Shown here one piece after another: positions 27,920-37,860 of a DNA stretch of 63,648 nt. This DNA is from a bacterium (GTDB lineage Bacteria; Patescibacteriota; Saccharimonadia; UBA4664; JBBRNT01). Under the pieces are notes generated by a model that saw only the letters and a list, made by a program, of their open reading frames with translations, did not search any database and had not been told where the DNA came from. A program made the translations under genes and the position numbers. Where the stretch lies: contig JAYUFZ010000021.1 of assembly GCA_043767845.1 (NCBI GenBank), positions 1-63,648 on the forward strand. The letters are read 5' to 3'. Within the stretch, counting starts at the first letter, position 1. Each line of letters begins with the position of its first letter.

Positions 27920-29233
27920 ATGAGTACACGAGTTAAGTTTTATCTGATAATGGTTCTAGCGGTCGTTGTGGCCGTTTTCGCGTATCCCCGCGAAGACCTC
28001 ATACTCAAAAAAATCGGTATCAAGAATACTAAGCTCAGTGTTAAGCAGGGGCTGGACCTGCAGGGTGGCGCACATTTAGTCTACGAAGCGAACCTCGACA
28101 AAATTGCCTCAGGCGATAAGGCCACGGCCATGACCAGCCTGGTTGAAGTCATATTACGCCGTGTTAATCCCGGCGGCACCTCGGAAGTTACAGTGCAGCA
28201 AGCTTCCAGCAATAGAGTCATTATTGAGTTACCTGGCGTCAAAGACATTACCGAGGCGGTCAATACCATTGGCAAAACCGCCGAGCTAAGCTTTGTCGAA
28301 GTTCCTGCCAACGCTACGACTCCCGACCAATTCATCCCCACTGGCATTACCGGCAAAGACGTTGATCGGGCCGATGTTGACTACGATACCCAGCGCAATG
28401 AGCCAATTGTGCGCTTACGGCTGAAGAGTGGTGACGCTACTAAGCGCTTTGCCGATATGACCACTCGTATCAATCAAAATGGTAACCGCTTACTGACCTT
28501 GCTCGACCAAGACATCGTCTTTGGGCCAGCTACCGTATCTTCGCCGATCACCGACGGGACTGCCCAACTGCAGGGGAATTTCACTGTAGCTGAAGCCAAG
28601 AATATTGCTCAATTGATTAGTGCTGGTGCTCTGCCGGTGCCCGTCTCACTGGTCGAACAGCGGACTGTAGGGCCAACACTCGGTAAGGAATCGATCGCCC
28701 GGAGTTTGATCGCTGGGCTGATCGGCCTCTCGATAGTGGCACTCTTCATGCTTATTTACTACCGCCTCGCCGGCTTACTGGCCGTCCTAGCTTTGGTGAT
28801 GTACACGCTCATAACGTTGGTCATCTATAAAGTGAGCGCCCTGACCCCGTACACTATCGTGCTGACGCTGGCCGGCATAGCAGGTTTCATCCTCAGTATA
28901 GGCATGGCCGTAGACGCAAATATTTTGATCTTTGAGCGTATGAAAGAAGAACTGCGGGCCGGTAAGAGCTTCGTGGCCGCAGTCGAGGCAGGGTTTGACC
29001 GCGCCTGGTCAAGTATCCGTGACTCCAACGTCTCTACGCTTATCACCTGTTTCATCTTATACAATTTCGGCGCACCAATCATCAAGGGCTTCGCTGTCAC
29101 GCTTGGTATGGGCGTACTTATCAGTATGTTTACCGCCGTCGTAGTGAGCCGCACATTGCTGCGCCGAGTCATCGGTACCAAGATTGGCCGAGACCTACGC
29201 TTCTACGGCATTCGTTTAGAGGAGACCTTATGA
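27920..29233 (+). CDS. secD: Protein translocase subunit SecD
   Basis: 'QGLDLQGG', 'VGPTLG', 'IGMAVDANILIFERMKEE'; promoter TTGACT-17-TATTAT upstream. Confidence 0.96.
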   Translation: MSTRVKFYLIMVLAVVVAVFAYPREDLILKKIGIKNTKLSVKQGLDLQGGAHLVYEANLDKIASGDKATAMTSLVEVILRRVNPGGTSEVTVQQASSNRVIIELPGVKDITEAVNTIGKTAELSFVEVPANATTPDQFIPTGITGKDVDRADVDYDTQRNEPIVRLRLKSGDATKRFADMTTRINQNGNRLLTLLDQDIVFGPATVSSPITDGTAQLQGNFTVAEAKNIAQLISAGALPVPVSLVEQRTVGPTLGKESIARSLIAGLIGLSIVALFMLIYYRLAGLLAVLALVMYTLITLVIYKVSALTPYTIVLTLAGIAGFILSIGMAVDANILIFERMKEELRAGKSFVAAVEAGFDRAWSSIRDSNVSTLITCFILYNFGAPIIKGFAVTLGMGVLISMFTAVVVSRTLLRRVIGTKIGRDLRFYGIRLEETL

Positions 29234-30135
29234 GCAAGCAGTTTAATATTATTGGCAAACGCAAAATTTGGTACGCCATTTCACTCGTTATTATTGTTCC
29301 GGGCCTGATCTCACTTTTTACCAGTGGCTTGAAGCGGGGGATAGATTTTACCGGCGGCTCGTTAATCGAGCTTGATGGTAAGGCCGATACTAATGGGCTT
29401 AGGTCGATAGCTAGCGCCCAGGGCTTTAAAGATATAACAATCTCAAACAGTAGTGACGGTCGCACACTGGTGCGCTACCGCGACGATAAAGACGCGGCCG
29501 GGCGTGAAGCCGACCACCAGACCTTCAAGAAAATCGTTGAGGGGCAAGGTCTCACTGAGGTTCGCTTCGATAATGTCGGGCCGAGTGTCAGTCGCGATAT
29601 TACCCGTAACGCGCTCATCAGCGTGCTACTCGCCTCACTTGCCATTGTTCTCTATGTTGCTCTGGCTTTCCGGAACGTACCGGCGCCTGCGAGCCCCTGG
29701 GCCTTTGGTTTCTGCGCTATCATAGCCTTACTACACGACGCGCTACTTTTGATAGGCATATTCTCCTTGCTAGGGAAATACTTCAACGTCGAGATAGATT
29801 CACTTTTCGTGACGGCCGTTTTGACAGTCATTGGTTTCTCGGTTCATGATACCATTGTAGTCTTCGACCGTATTCGCGAAAATCTACGTCGCGAACGCAA
29901 GGCCTTTGCCGAAATAGTTAACGACAGTATTCTCGAGACACTGGCTCGCTCTATCAATACTTCGCTAACCGTACTCTTCACCTTGCTAGCGCTCTATCTG
30001 TTTGGCGGCCAATCTATCAAGCTGTTTGTCCTGGCACTCCTCATCGGCATTGCCTCCGGAACCTATTCCTCGATCTTCAACGCCTCACCACTGCTCGTAA
30101 CCTGGCAAGGCTTCAAAGACAGGAAGCGCGCTTAG
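29230..30135 (+). CDS. secF: Protein translocase subunit SecF
   Basis: 'GIDFTGG', 'VGPSVS', 'GFSVHDTIVVFDRIREN', 'GTYSSIFNA'. Confidence 0.96.
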   Translation: MSKQFNIIGKRKIWYAISLVIIVPGLISLFTSGLKRGIDFTGGSLIELDGKADTNGLRSIASAQGFKDITISNSSDGRTLVRYRDDKDAAGREADHQTFKKIVEGQGLTEVRFDNVGPSVSRDITRNALISVLLASLAIVLYVALAFRNVPAPASPWAFGFCAIIALLHDALLLIGIFSLLGKYFNVEIDSLFVTAVLTVIGFSVHDTIVVFDRIRENLRRERKAFAEIVNDSILETLARSINTSLTVLFTLLALYLFGGQSIKLFVLALLIGIASGTYSSIFNASPLLVTWQGFKDRKRA

Positions 30136-30150
30136 CTATCCTATTCTGTT

Positions 30151-30558
30151 CTAATGCTTGCCGTTTATATCCGGCCAGGGATATAACATAAGTTTCGAAA
30201 TAGGTATCGTTTTAATAAATCCTTCTTCTTCTATGACTACGGCAATATCTATACCGGTGTTGAGTGATCTCTCCCAGATTAGCTGCTTACAGATATGGCA
30301 ATTCGGGCCAGTAATGGCAAGTATGTTAATCTCACCATGTATGCTCGCGTGAGCAAGCGCTGTTGCTTCTGAGTGCATTGTAAGCGTGTAGGTATCAGAT
30401 ATGTATGATATGCCTTCATACATTTTTCCGCTTTCGGCCAGTACGGCCACTCCATATGATCCGGATTTAGGATACGTCTTGGTGCGAGCAGATTCAGCGA
30501 GCGCCAGCATTTCTTTTTGTTGACTGCTAGTGATAAGAGGGGAGCGAAGTTTTGTCAT
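30151..30558 (-). CDS. Cytidine deaminase-like protein
   Basis: 'MHSEATAL' (HxE) and 'GPNCHICKQ' (CxxC); visibly AT-richer than neighbours. Confidence 0.75.
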   Translation of the reverse strand: MTKLRSPLITSSQQKEMLALAESARTKTYPKSGSYGVAVLAESGKMYEGISYISDTYTLTMHSEATALAHASIHGEINILAITGPNCHICKQLIWERSLNTGIDIAVVIEEEGFIKTIPISKLMLYPWPDINGKH

Positions 30559-30593
30559 GATACTATTGTGATATCACGTCTGGGTAATCTGAA

Positions 30594-30617
30594 AAACCAG
30601 CTGAAATTAGCTGGTTT
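30594..30617 (-). terminator. Terminator of the small Zn-finger-like ORF
   Basis: aaaccagct...agctggttt inverted repeat over the stop codon, T-run on the minus strand. Confidence 0.65.
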
Positions 30618-30783
30618 GTTCTATTTCTGTACTCAACCCCGTCTCGTTCATATGGTCATCAGGTAGTGCTTCAAACTGAGTACTAAAGTTATTCATATCA
30701 AGATATTCTTCGAGAAAGCCACATTCCTTGCAAAAAAGCCCGGAATCGGTCGCTATATAGCTATTTTGGTGTTCGTGTTCCAT
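30607..30783 (-). CDS. 58-aa protein with H..CxxC (putative Zn-binding); below ORF-track cutoff
   Basis: Manual translation MEHEHQNSYIATDSGLFCKECGFLEEYLDMNNFSTQFEALPDDHMNETGLSTEIEQTS*; terminator at its end. Confidence 0.55.
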   Translation of the reverse strand: MEHEHQNSYIATDSGLFCKECGFLEEYLDMNNFSTQFEALPDDHMNETGLSTEIEQTS

Positions 30784-30834
30784 GGTTTTGGTGTCTATCT
30801 GCCTCCATGAATAACCATAACAGGAATTTTATTG

Positions 30835-30876
30835 TTGACAAGCTGTTGTAATCAAAGTAGTATAAAAATTACAACA
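30835..30876 (+). promoter_or_regulatory. Promoter with overlapping inverted-repeat operator
   Basis: TTGACA(30835-40), 17 nt, TAGTAT(30858-63); TGTTGTAAT(30844-52), 15 nt, ATTACAACA(30868-76). Confidence 0.6.
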
Positions 30877-31007
30877 ACAAATACATTATTCTTGATCTAA
30901 AAAGATAAAACGTAGTGCAAACAACAATAAAAACAAATACTAATATCTGTCGTTTCGCAGTCAAAATCTCCACTTTGGCTGACGAAAATCATTGTGAGGT
31001 ACAAGAA

Positions 31008-31049
31008 CAAGCCGGTTTTGATTCTGGGATGGAATCGACCGGCTTTTTT
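31008..31049 (+). terminator. Intrinsic terminator upstream of the wHTH gene
   Basis: aagccggt...accggctt stem with inner gattc/gaatc, then a T-run. Confidence 0.7.
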
Positions 31050-31076
31050 GTGCTGGCAGGGTTAGAGTAGGACATT

Positions 31077-31355
31077 ATGCAATTACTAGAATTTTTTATC
31101 ACCTCCAAAACCCGCCGCAAGATCATCGGCGTCTACACCAAATACCCAGACTTTAGAATGCATGTTCGAGGGTTAGCCAAGATGATCAAAGAAGATCCGG
31201 GCAATGTCCAACGCGAGCTTAAGCGCCTCGAAGAAGTCGGTTTTGTTAAAAGCGATAAGGATGGTAACTCAAAAGTTTACTATGCCAACCAAAAATTCAT
31301 TCTGTACCGAGAACTTCAAAATATGGTTCTAAAATCGCAAACGAGGAGGCGGTAA
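31077..31355 (+). CDS. Winged helix-turn-helix protein (ArsR/MarR-like)
   Basis: 'SKTRRKII...HVRGLAKMIKEDPGNVQRELKRLEEVGFV....GNSKVYYAN'. Confidence 0.82.
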   Translation: MQLLEFFITSKTRRKIIGVYTKYPDFRMHVRGLAKMIKEDPGNVQRELKRLEEVGFVKSDKDGNSKVYYANQKFILYRELQNMVLKSQTRRR

Positions 31356-31522
31356 TGGTCACACGTGTACTTCGCAGCCTGGTCGAGATAATATTGTCAA
31401 ATGAAGGTAGTCGGAGCTATCGGCCCGGGCAAGTCAAAGGCCTCTACCAGCCTGAACCACCGATGGGCTTTGTCTCACGCCGTGATCCGAACTTCTACCT
31501 CCTGAAGCGCCACTCAGCCTAG
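31355..31522 (+). CDS. 55-aa hypothetical protein coupled to the wHTH gene
   Basis: TAATG overlap and AGGAGG SD; MVTRVLRSLVEIILSNEGSRSYRPGQVKGLYQPEPPMGFVSRRDPNFYLLKRHSA*. Confidence 0.55.
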   Translation: MVTRVLRSLVEIILSNEGSRSYRPGQVKGLYQPEPPMGFVSRRDPNFYLLKRHSA

Positions 31523-31558
31523 TTCATGGCTACTTGCGGCAACTGATATACTAGAGGC

Positions 31559-33220
31559 ATGCAGTCGGGAGTGAATAGTTCTAATATTATCGAGCAAATT
31601 CTCGCCAAGCGGGGCATCACTGATGCCACCGCCGTCGAGGCTTTTTTGTACCCCGACTATGGGCGCCACAGCCACGACCCTTTCTTATTAAGCGACATGA
31701 TGGTGGCGGTGAAGCGTATATTGCAAGCGGCCACTCGGCGCGAGCGAGTCGTGATTTACGGCGACTACGATATCGATGGCATCACGGCAAGCGCTGTTTT
31801 GATAGAAGGACTAGAGGCCTGGGGGATTGAGGCAACAAGCTATATTCCGGACCGCTTCGAAGAAGGTTATGGGATTAACCAAGCCGCTCTCGAGGCAATT
31901 CAGCTGGCCGGCGCCGACTTGGTAATCAGTGTTGACTGCGGCATTACCAGCCTCGGCGAAGCACTGTGGGCAAAGCAGCATGGCCTTGATCTAATTATTA
32001 CCGACCACCACAGTGTTGGGCCGACCATTCCGGAAGCGCTTGCGGTTATCAATCCCAAGCGGGCAGGAGACAAGTATCCTTTTAAGGATTTAGCTGGCGT
32101 GGGCGTGGCTTTTAAGCTAATTCAAGCACTTCAGAAGGCGAGTCTTGATCAATCGATGTCGGGTATGGCGATCGGCCAAGAGAAGTGGTTGCTCGATCTG
32201 GTGGCGCTCGGGACTGTCTGTGATGTAGTGACGTTGGTGGACGAGAATAGGCTGCTTGTCCAGTCCGGGCTGAAAGTGCTGCATAAGACCAGGCGCGTTG
32301 GGTTGCGAGTGCTAGCTAATATTGGCGGCTACGACATTGCTGATACCCGTAGCTACCATCTGGGCTATATCCTAGGGCCTAGGTTGAATGCCGCGGGTCG
32401 GCTGGAACACGCCGCTGAGAGCCTCGAACTGTTATTAACTGCTGATCCGCTTCGAGCCGATGCGATTGCCTCAAATCTTGATCGGCTGAATACCGAACGT
32501 CGCGGGGAGCAAGCACGGATAGTCGAAGAGGCCACCGCCCTGGCCGAGCAGATGCCCGGCGATGGTGTCTTGGTGCTGGCCGATGCCGATTGGTCACATG
32601 GGGTAGTTGGTATAGCTGCTTCGAAGCTGGTGGAACGCTTTGGCCGGCCGGTGCTGGTAATGCAAATTCTAGGAGACATGGCCAAGGGCTCGGCCAGAAG
32701 TGTCGCCGGGTTCAATATGGTCGAGGCCTTGCGAGAGAATCAGCAGCTGCTAACAAAGTTTGGCGGCCACCACTTTGCGGCCGGCTACAGCTTGCCCGTG
32801 GCCAATATTGACCAGCTACGCCAGGGGTTATCTAAACTGGCTAATAATCAAATCGATAGCCTGTCTGCGCCGCTGGAAGGCAACGACCAGCTGTCACTTG
32901 ATAACCTGGGCGGCCTGGATCTAGCAGTTGTGGCCGACTTGGATATTCTGGAGCCCTACGGCAGTGCCAACCACAAACCGCTATTTGCAGTCCAGAATCT
33001 CCAGATCACTCAGCTGCGGGCCATCGGTGCCGACCGTAGTCACCTAAAACTTCAGGTGGCCGACGGGGCGGGCCAGCAGCTGGAGGCAATTGGCTTCGGA
33101 CTGGCCAAGCTTTACCCAGATCTGGCCGTCGGCGACAACTGTGGCCTCGTATTCGAGCTTAGTGAGAATGATTTCAACGGCCGCAAGTCGCTCCAGCTGG
33201 TAGTCAGGTCGGTACTATGA
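31559..33220 (+). CDS. recJ: ssDNA-specific exonuclease RecJ
   Basis: 'YGDYDIDGIT', 'IPDRFEEGYG', 'VDCGI', 'TDHH', 'GPRLNAAGR', 'FGGHHFAAG'; leaderless TATACT-6nt-ATG. Confidence 0.97.
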   Translation: MQSGVNSSNIIEQILAKRGITDATAVEAFLYPDYGRHSHDPFLLSDMMVAVKRILQAATRRERVVIYGDYDIDGITASAVLIEGLEAWGIEATSYIPDRFEEGYGINQAALEAIQLAGADLVISVDCGITSLGEALWAKQHGLDLIITDHHSVGPTIPEALAVINPKRAGDKYPFKDLAGVGVAFKLIQALQKASLDQSMSGMAIGQEKWLLDLVALGTVCDVVTLVDENRLLVQSGLKVLHKTRRVGLRVLANIGGYDIADTRSYHLGYILGPRLNAAGRLEHAAESLELLLTADPLRADAIASNLDRLNTERRGEQARIVEEATALAEQMPGDGVLVLADADWSHGVVGIAASKLVERFGRPVLVMQILGDMAKGSARSVAGFNMVEALRENQQLLTKFGGHHFAAGYSLPVANIDQLRQGLSKLANNQIDSLSAPLEGNDQLSLDNLGGLDLAVVADLDILEPYGSANHKPLFAVQNLQITQLRAIGADRSHLKLQVADGAGQQLEAIGFGLAKLYPDLAVGDNCGLVFELSENDFNGRKSLQLVVRSVL

Positions 33221-35376
33221 GTAAGGCTATACTGCAGTACAACCTAAACGACTACGGCACCGATGGTGCGGCACTTATTGAGCGGGCCCTGAGCTTTGCC
33301 ACCAAGGCTCATGAAGGACAGTCACGCAAGAGTGGTTGGCCGTACATCACCCATCCGATAGCTGTTGCCCAGAGCCTGATTGAATTGGGCATGGACGCCG
33401 AGACTGTGGCCGCGGCTTTACTGCACGATACCGTGGAGGACACCCCAGTCACCTTGGCCGACCTGACGGCTATTTTTGGCAAGAATGTCACTGAGCTGGT
33501 TGACGGCGTCACCAAAACGGGCCAAGTCGACCACATGCCCCAGGAGCCGACATCTCGTACTGCCGCCTCGGCCGAGAATATTCGTAAACTGCTGCTTGCG
33601 GTTACCAAAGATGTGCGGGTAATAATCATAAAGCTAGCCGACCGCGCCCATAATTTGTCGACCCTGCAATACCTCTCGCCCGAAAAACAGATTCGCATTG
33701 CCCGGGAAAGCCTAGAAATCTACGCGCCGCTCGCTGATCGGCTGGGCATGGGCGCGCTCAAGGTTAAGATTGAAGACCTGAGCTTTGCCTACCTTTACCC
33801 TGAGGAATATGCCGAGCTGTCGAAACTAATGGCCAGCTATGGCAAATCGAGCCAACGTTACCTCAGCCAACTCAAAAAGCAGATTGGCCATAACTTGGGC
33901 AAAGCTGGGCTATCAGTTATCTCGATCGACGGTCGCAGTAAGCATTTGTATAGTATTTGGCGGAAACTTCAGAAAGCCGACGGTGATATCGAAAAAATCT
34001 ACGATCTTATAGCCGTGCGGATTATCGTCCCCACCGAGAGCGATTGCTATCAGGCACTCGGTATTTTGCACCAACACTACAAGCCGCTTATCTACCGTAT
34101 CAAGGACTACATTGCCGTCCCGAAGCCCAATGGCTACCGCTCTTTGCATACCACGGTCTTTGCTGCCGAGGGCCGGATTACCGAGATCCAAATCCGCACG
34201 CCGCAAATGCATAGTGAGTCGGAGAAAGGGCTAGCCGCGCACTTCTTCTATGATACCCAAAAGGGGAGTAGCAATTATAAAAACTCCAAACTCTCTGGGG
34301 TGCCGTCTAAGCTTGGCTGGGTAAATGGACTGGTCGATGTCGGGCAGCTAGCGGCCAGTGGACAGGATTTTGTCGAGGCCCTCAAAGTCGATTTGTTCGT
34401 GGATCGCATATTTGTCTTTTCGCCAAAGGGTGATCTCTACGACTTGCCGGAAGGCGCGACACCGATAGACTTTGCCTTCATGGTTCATAGCGGGCTTGGG
34501 CTCAAAGTGGCTGGTGCTAAGGTGAACGGCCGCATAGCCTCGCTTGACGCGCCTTTGAATAATCAAGATGTGGTTGAAATACTGACTCGCAAGAATACCG
34601 TTCCGAAGCGGGCTTGGCTTTCCAGCGTAAAGACTGCCAACGCGCGTAGTAAAATCCGTGCTTGGTTCCGCAAACAGAGCTTTGACGACAATTTAATCTC
34701 TGGCCGCAGCCTACTGGAAGCCGAGCTGAAAGCTTGGGGCCATGAGGCTATCAGCATACTAGAGGAAGGCCAGCTTAAGACTGTGGCAAGTGGACTCGGC
34801 TACAAGGACGAGTCGGCCGTGCTGGCGGCGGTCGGCGAGGGGACTGTTTCGGTGGCTATGGTTGTGCGCCGGCTTTTCCCGCCCGAAGAGACCAAGCCGC
34901 TGAGTCTATCGGCTGCTCGATTGGTCAGCACTGTCGGCGGGCATTTAACAGTCCAGATAGCCGGTAGCTCGAACCTCGCTTACCAGCTGGCACCATGCTG
35001 TAACCCAAGCTACCCCCAGCCAATCATTGGTTTTGTGACACGTGGCAAGGGAGTCACTGTCCACGGCCGTAATTGTCCGAACCTGCCGGATGAGAAACAG
35101 CGGATGATCAGCTGTCGCTGGCAGGTCGCCGAAAAACACCTCCAAACACACACCGTTCGGATTGTGGCCGACAATCGTCTCGGCTTGCTGCGTGATGTCA
35201 CGAGTCTTGTAGCCTCCGAGAAATACAACATTACGGCTATTAATTCATACGACAACTCCGAGGGGACCGAATCAACCATTGAGGTCACCGTTGAAGTGCC
35301 TGGTCGCGACCGTTTAGTGGGTCTGATGCGGCAACTTGGGCATGTCGATAATGTCAAAAATGTGCATACAGTTTAG
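33217..35376 (+). CDS. relA: Bifunctional (p)ppGpp synthetase/hydrolase Rel
   Basis: HD domain 'LHDTVED', 'IKLADRAHN', 'GRSKHLYSI', 'PKPNGYRSLHT', 'EIQIRT', plus TGS, Zn-finger (PCCNP...HGRNC) and ACT domains. Confidence 0.96.
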   Translation: MSKAILQYNLNDYGTDGAALIERALSFATKAHEGQSRKSGWPYITHPIAVAQSLIELGMDAETVAAALLHDTVEDTPVTLADLTAIFGKNVTELVDGVTKTGQVDHMPQEPTSRTAASAENIRKLLLAVTKDVRVIIIKLADRAHNLSTLQYLSPEKQIRIARESLEIYAPLADRLGMGALKVKIEDLSFAYLYPEEYAELSKLMASYGKSSQRYLSQLKKQIGHNLGKAGLSVISIDGRSKHLYSIWRKLQKADGDIEKIYDLIAVRIIVPTESDCYQALGILHQHYKPLIYRIKDYIAVPKPNGYRSLHTTVFAAEGRITEIQIRTPQMHSESEKGLAAHFFYDTQKGSSNYKNSKLSGVPSKLGWVNGLVDVGQLAASGQDFVEALKVDLFVDRIFVFSPKGDLYDLPEGATPIDFAFMVHSGLGLKVAGAKVNGRIASLDAPLNNQDVVEILTRKNTVPKRAWLSSVKTANARSKIRAWFRKQSFDDNLISGRSLLEAELKAWGHEAISILEEGQLKTVASGLGYKDESAVLAAVGEGTVSVAMVVRRLFPPEETKPLSLSAARLVSTVGGHLTVQIAGSSNLAYQLAPCCNPSYPQPIIGFVTRGKGVTVHGRNCPNLPDEKQRMISCRWQVAEKHLQTHTVRIVADNRLGLLRDVTSLVASEKYNITAINSYDNSEGTESTIEVTVEVPGRDRLVGLMRQLGHVDNVKNVHTV

Positions 35377-35450
35377 TGAGTACAAGAATTGTTCAATTTG
35401 AGACGATTGCGCCTTGGGAACGGGTATGCTACATTTAGGCCATATAAGGA

Positions 35451-36728
35451 GTGGTTGTGGCAAAACAGTTTCAGAACGTGCGTGGTACCTATGATATCTT
35501 GCCAGAAATGCAGGCCAAGTATGGCTTAGTGTTTGATACTTTTAAAACCCTGACCGACCTGGCTGGATACGGGCGAATTGAGACACCGATGATGGAAGAG
35601 GCTGGTGTTTTCATCCGTAGTATTGGCGATGGGACAGATGTCGTGGACAAAGAAATGTACGTCTTTAAGGATCGGGGTGGTGACGATCTAGCACTGAGGC
35701 CAGAGGGTACCGCCAGCGTGGTACGCGCCTACGTGCAGCACGGTATGGCCAGCGCTCCAAAGCCAGTTAAGCTCAGCTATTCGGGTCCAATGTTTCGCTA
35801 CGATCGGCCTCAAGCTGGCCGCCATCGACAATTCTATCAGGTAGGGGTCGAGGTATTGGGTGATAATTCGGCAAGTATCGATGCTCAGGTTATACTGCTG
35901 GCCTTGCGGTTTTACCAACAGATTGGCCTCACTGGCATTACTGTCCAGGTCAACAGCCTTGGTGACGAAGGGGATCGTAAAAAGTATAAAAAAGCTCTGG
36001 TTGAGTACCTCCAGGCTAATAAAAAGAAGCTCGCTAAGCTTGACCAAGACCGACTCGAAAAGAATCCGCTGCGGGTGCTCGATAGCAAGGAGGAGGCCAG
36101 CCAGGGCGTAGTAGCTGACGCCCCGCAAATCATTAGTTTTTTGTGTGAAGAGTGCCGGGCTCATCTCTCCAGCGTCTTAGAGTACCTTGATGAAATGTCG
36201 GTCAACTATGAGCTGAACGCCCTGATGGTTCGGGGACTCGACTATTATCAACGGACGGTCTTTGAATTTATTGGAAGCCGAGAGGGCGCCCAGTCCAGCC
36301 TTGGTGGTGGTGGACGTTATGACGGTTTAGTGGAGCAATTCGGCGGCCAACCGACTCCCGGTGTCGGTTTCGCGCTTGGTGTAGAGCGAATTATTCTTGA
36401 GCTGGAAGCGGCAGAAGTGAGTCTGCCTGAACCGGCGAAGTCGGAGCTCTACATAGTGAGCCTTGGTGAGCCGGCCCGTCTAGTGGCCTTCAAGCTTATC
36501 GAAGAGTTGCAGGACGCTGGTGTGGCGGCCGTTGGTTCGGTCGACAAGGAGGGGATTGGGGCACAATTGGCCAGGGCTAACAGGCTCGGAGTCGGTCACG
36601 CGGTTATCATAGGCCAAAAAGAAGTTATGGAAAAAACAATTATCTTGCGCGATATGCAGACCGGCGCCCAGGAAATGGTGTCGCTCGGTAAGGCCGTGAA
36701 CGACTTAGCAGTAAGATTTAAGAAGTAG
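35451..36728 (+). CDS. hisS: Histidine--tRNA ligase
   Basis: 'RGTYDIL', 'LRPEGTA', 'FRYDRPQAGRHRQFYQ', 'VRGLDYY', 'GGGRYDGL'. Confidence 0.98.
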   Translation: MVVAKQFQNVRGTYDILPEMQAKYGLVFDTFKTLTDLAGYGRIETPMMEEAGVFIRSIGDGTDVVDKEMYVFKDRGGDDLALRPEGTASVVRAYVQHGMASAPKPVKLSYSGPMFRYDRPQAGRHRQFYQVGVEVLGDNSASIDAQVILLALRFYQQIGLTGITVQVNSLGDEGDRKKYKKALVEYLQANKKKLAKLDQDRLEKNPLRVLDSKEEASQGVVADAPQIISFLCEECRAHLSSVLEYLDEMSVNYELNALMVRGLDYYQRTVFEFIGSREGAQSSLGGGGRYDGLVEQFGGQPTPGVGFALGVERIILELEAAEVSLPEPAKSELYIVSLGEPARLVAFKLIEELQDAGVAAVGSVDKEGIGAQLARANRLGVGHAVIIGQKEVMEKTIILRDMQTGAQEMVSLGKAVNDLAVRFKK

Positions 36729-36737
36729 GAGTTTAGT

Positions 36738-37502
36738 ATGTTTGGATTTTTGCTCATTCCGATTATTTTTATCATTATTGCCGGTTTACGAGTCGTGCAA
36801 CAGTATGAACAGGGTGTCGTATTCCGCTTGGGCCGGGTCGTAAGCGTGACCTCTAAGCCTGGTTTGACGGTTATCATCCCGCTCATCGACCAGATGCGCA
36901 AGGTGAATATGCGGATTGTGACCATGCCGGTGCAGTCGCAAAAGATTATTACCCGGGATAATGTTTCGATCGATGTGGCCGCCGTGGCTTACTACAAGAT
37001 CAATGACGCGATCAAATCGATTGTCGAAATCGATAACGTCATGGCAGCTATCAACCAGATCGCCCAGACGACTGTGCGCAATATCGTTGGTCAGTCGACA
37101 CTCGATGAGGTACTTTCCGATACTGAAAAGATTAATGTGAAAGTCAAAGCCATTCTGGACCAAACGACCGAGCAGTGGGGCGTGGTTATCAATATGGTCG
37201 AGCTCAAAGACATCCAGCTGCCCGATACAATGCAGCGGGCGATGGCCAAGCAAGCCGAGGCTGAACGCGAAAAACGAGCCAAGATTATTGCCGCCGATGG
37301 TGAATACCAGAGTGCCGAAAAGCTCGGTATGGCCGCCGATATCATCGCTGCCCATCCGATAGCCCTCCAGCTGCGCAATCTCCAGGTTTTATCCGAAATC
37401 GCCGTCGAAAAGAATTCTACTATCATTTTCCCCAGTCAGTTCATGGACACCGTCGACAGTGTGAAGAATTTTATGGCCAAAGAACAGGGCAGTGGTAAAT
37501 AA
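36738..37502 (+). CDS. SPFH/stomatin (slipin) family protein
   Basis: '[12 protein letters not shown]', '[10 protein letters not shown]', '[24 protein letters not shown]', 'LQLRNLQ'. Confidence 0.93.
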   Translation: MFGFLLIPIIFIIIAGLRVVQQYEQGVVFRLGRVVSVTSKPGLTVIIPLIDQMRKVNMRIVTMPVQSQKIITRDNVSIDVAAVAYYKINDAIKSIVEIDNVMAAINQIAQTTVRNIVGQSTLDEVLSDTEKINVKVKAILDQTTEQWGVVINMVELKDIQLPDTMQRAMAKQAEAEREKRAKIIAADGEYQSAEKLGMAADIIAAHPIALQLRNLQVLSEIAVEKNSTIIFPSQFMDTVDSVKNFMAKEQGSGK

Positions 37503-37536
37503 TACTGAGCGGACAATTCGAAACTAAGGAGGCGGT

Positions 37537-37803
37537 ATGACAAATATTTATCAGATACTAACCAATGGCTATGATACTATCTTGGGCATTTTCCCAATGC
37601 AGATCCGCTGGATTATCACGCTCTTAATCCTCGTGGGCTTTGTAGGGGTAGTTTTTCGGCTGGCCAAATCGGGCCTATTGATCTTCATTATTGCTATCCT
37701 ATTTTTGCCGTTGCTCATTCCGGTATTGGGCCATTTCTTTAGCGACATTTATGCCTTTTTCCGGTTCTTGGTCGACCAGCTGAGCAACACGGCGCCGCGC
37801 TAG
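37537..37803 (+). CDS. Small membrane protein
   Basis: AAGGAGG SD; two hydrophobic segments. Confidence 0.65.
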   Translation: MTNIYQILTNGYDTILGIFPMQIRWIITLLILVGFVGVVFRLAKSGLLIFIIAILFLPLLIPVLGHFFSDIYAFFRFLVDQLSNTAPR

Positions 37804-37860
37804 CCCCAGCACACCAAATGAAAGAGGCCAGCACGAAGTGTGCTGGCCTCTGGCGTCTGC

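Noticed and set aside
30915-31070. 51-codon GTG ORF as a Thr leader peptide
   Set aside because: It has few clustered Thr codons, no SD, and reads through the terminator rather than ending before it; too weak to call.
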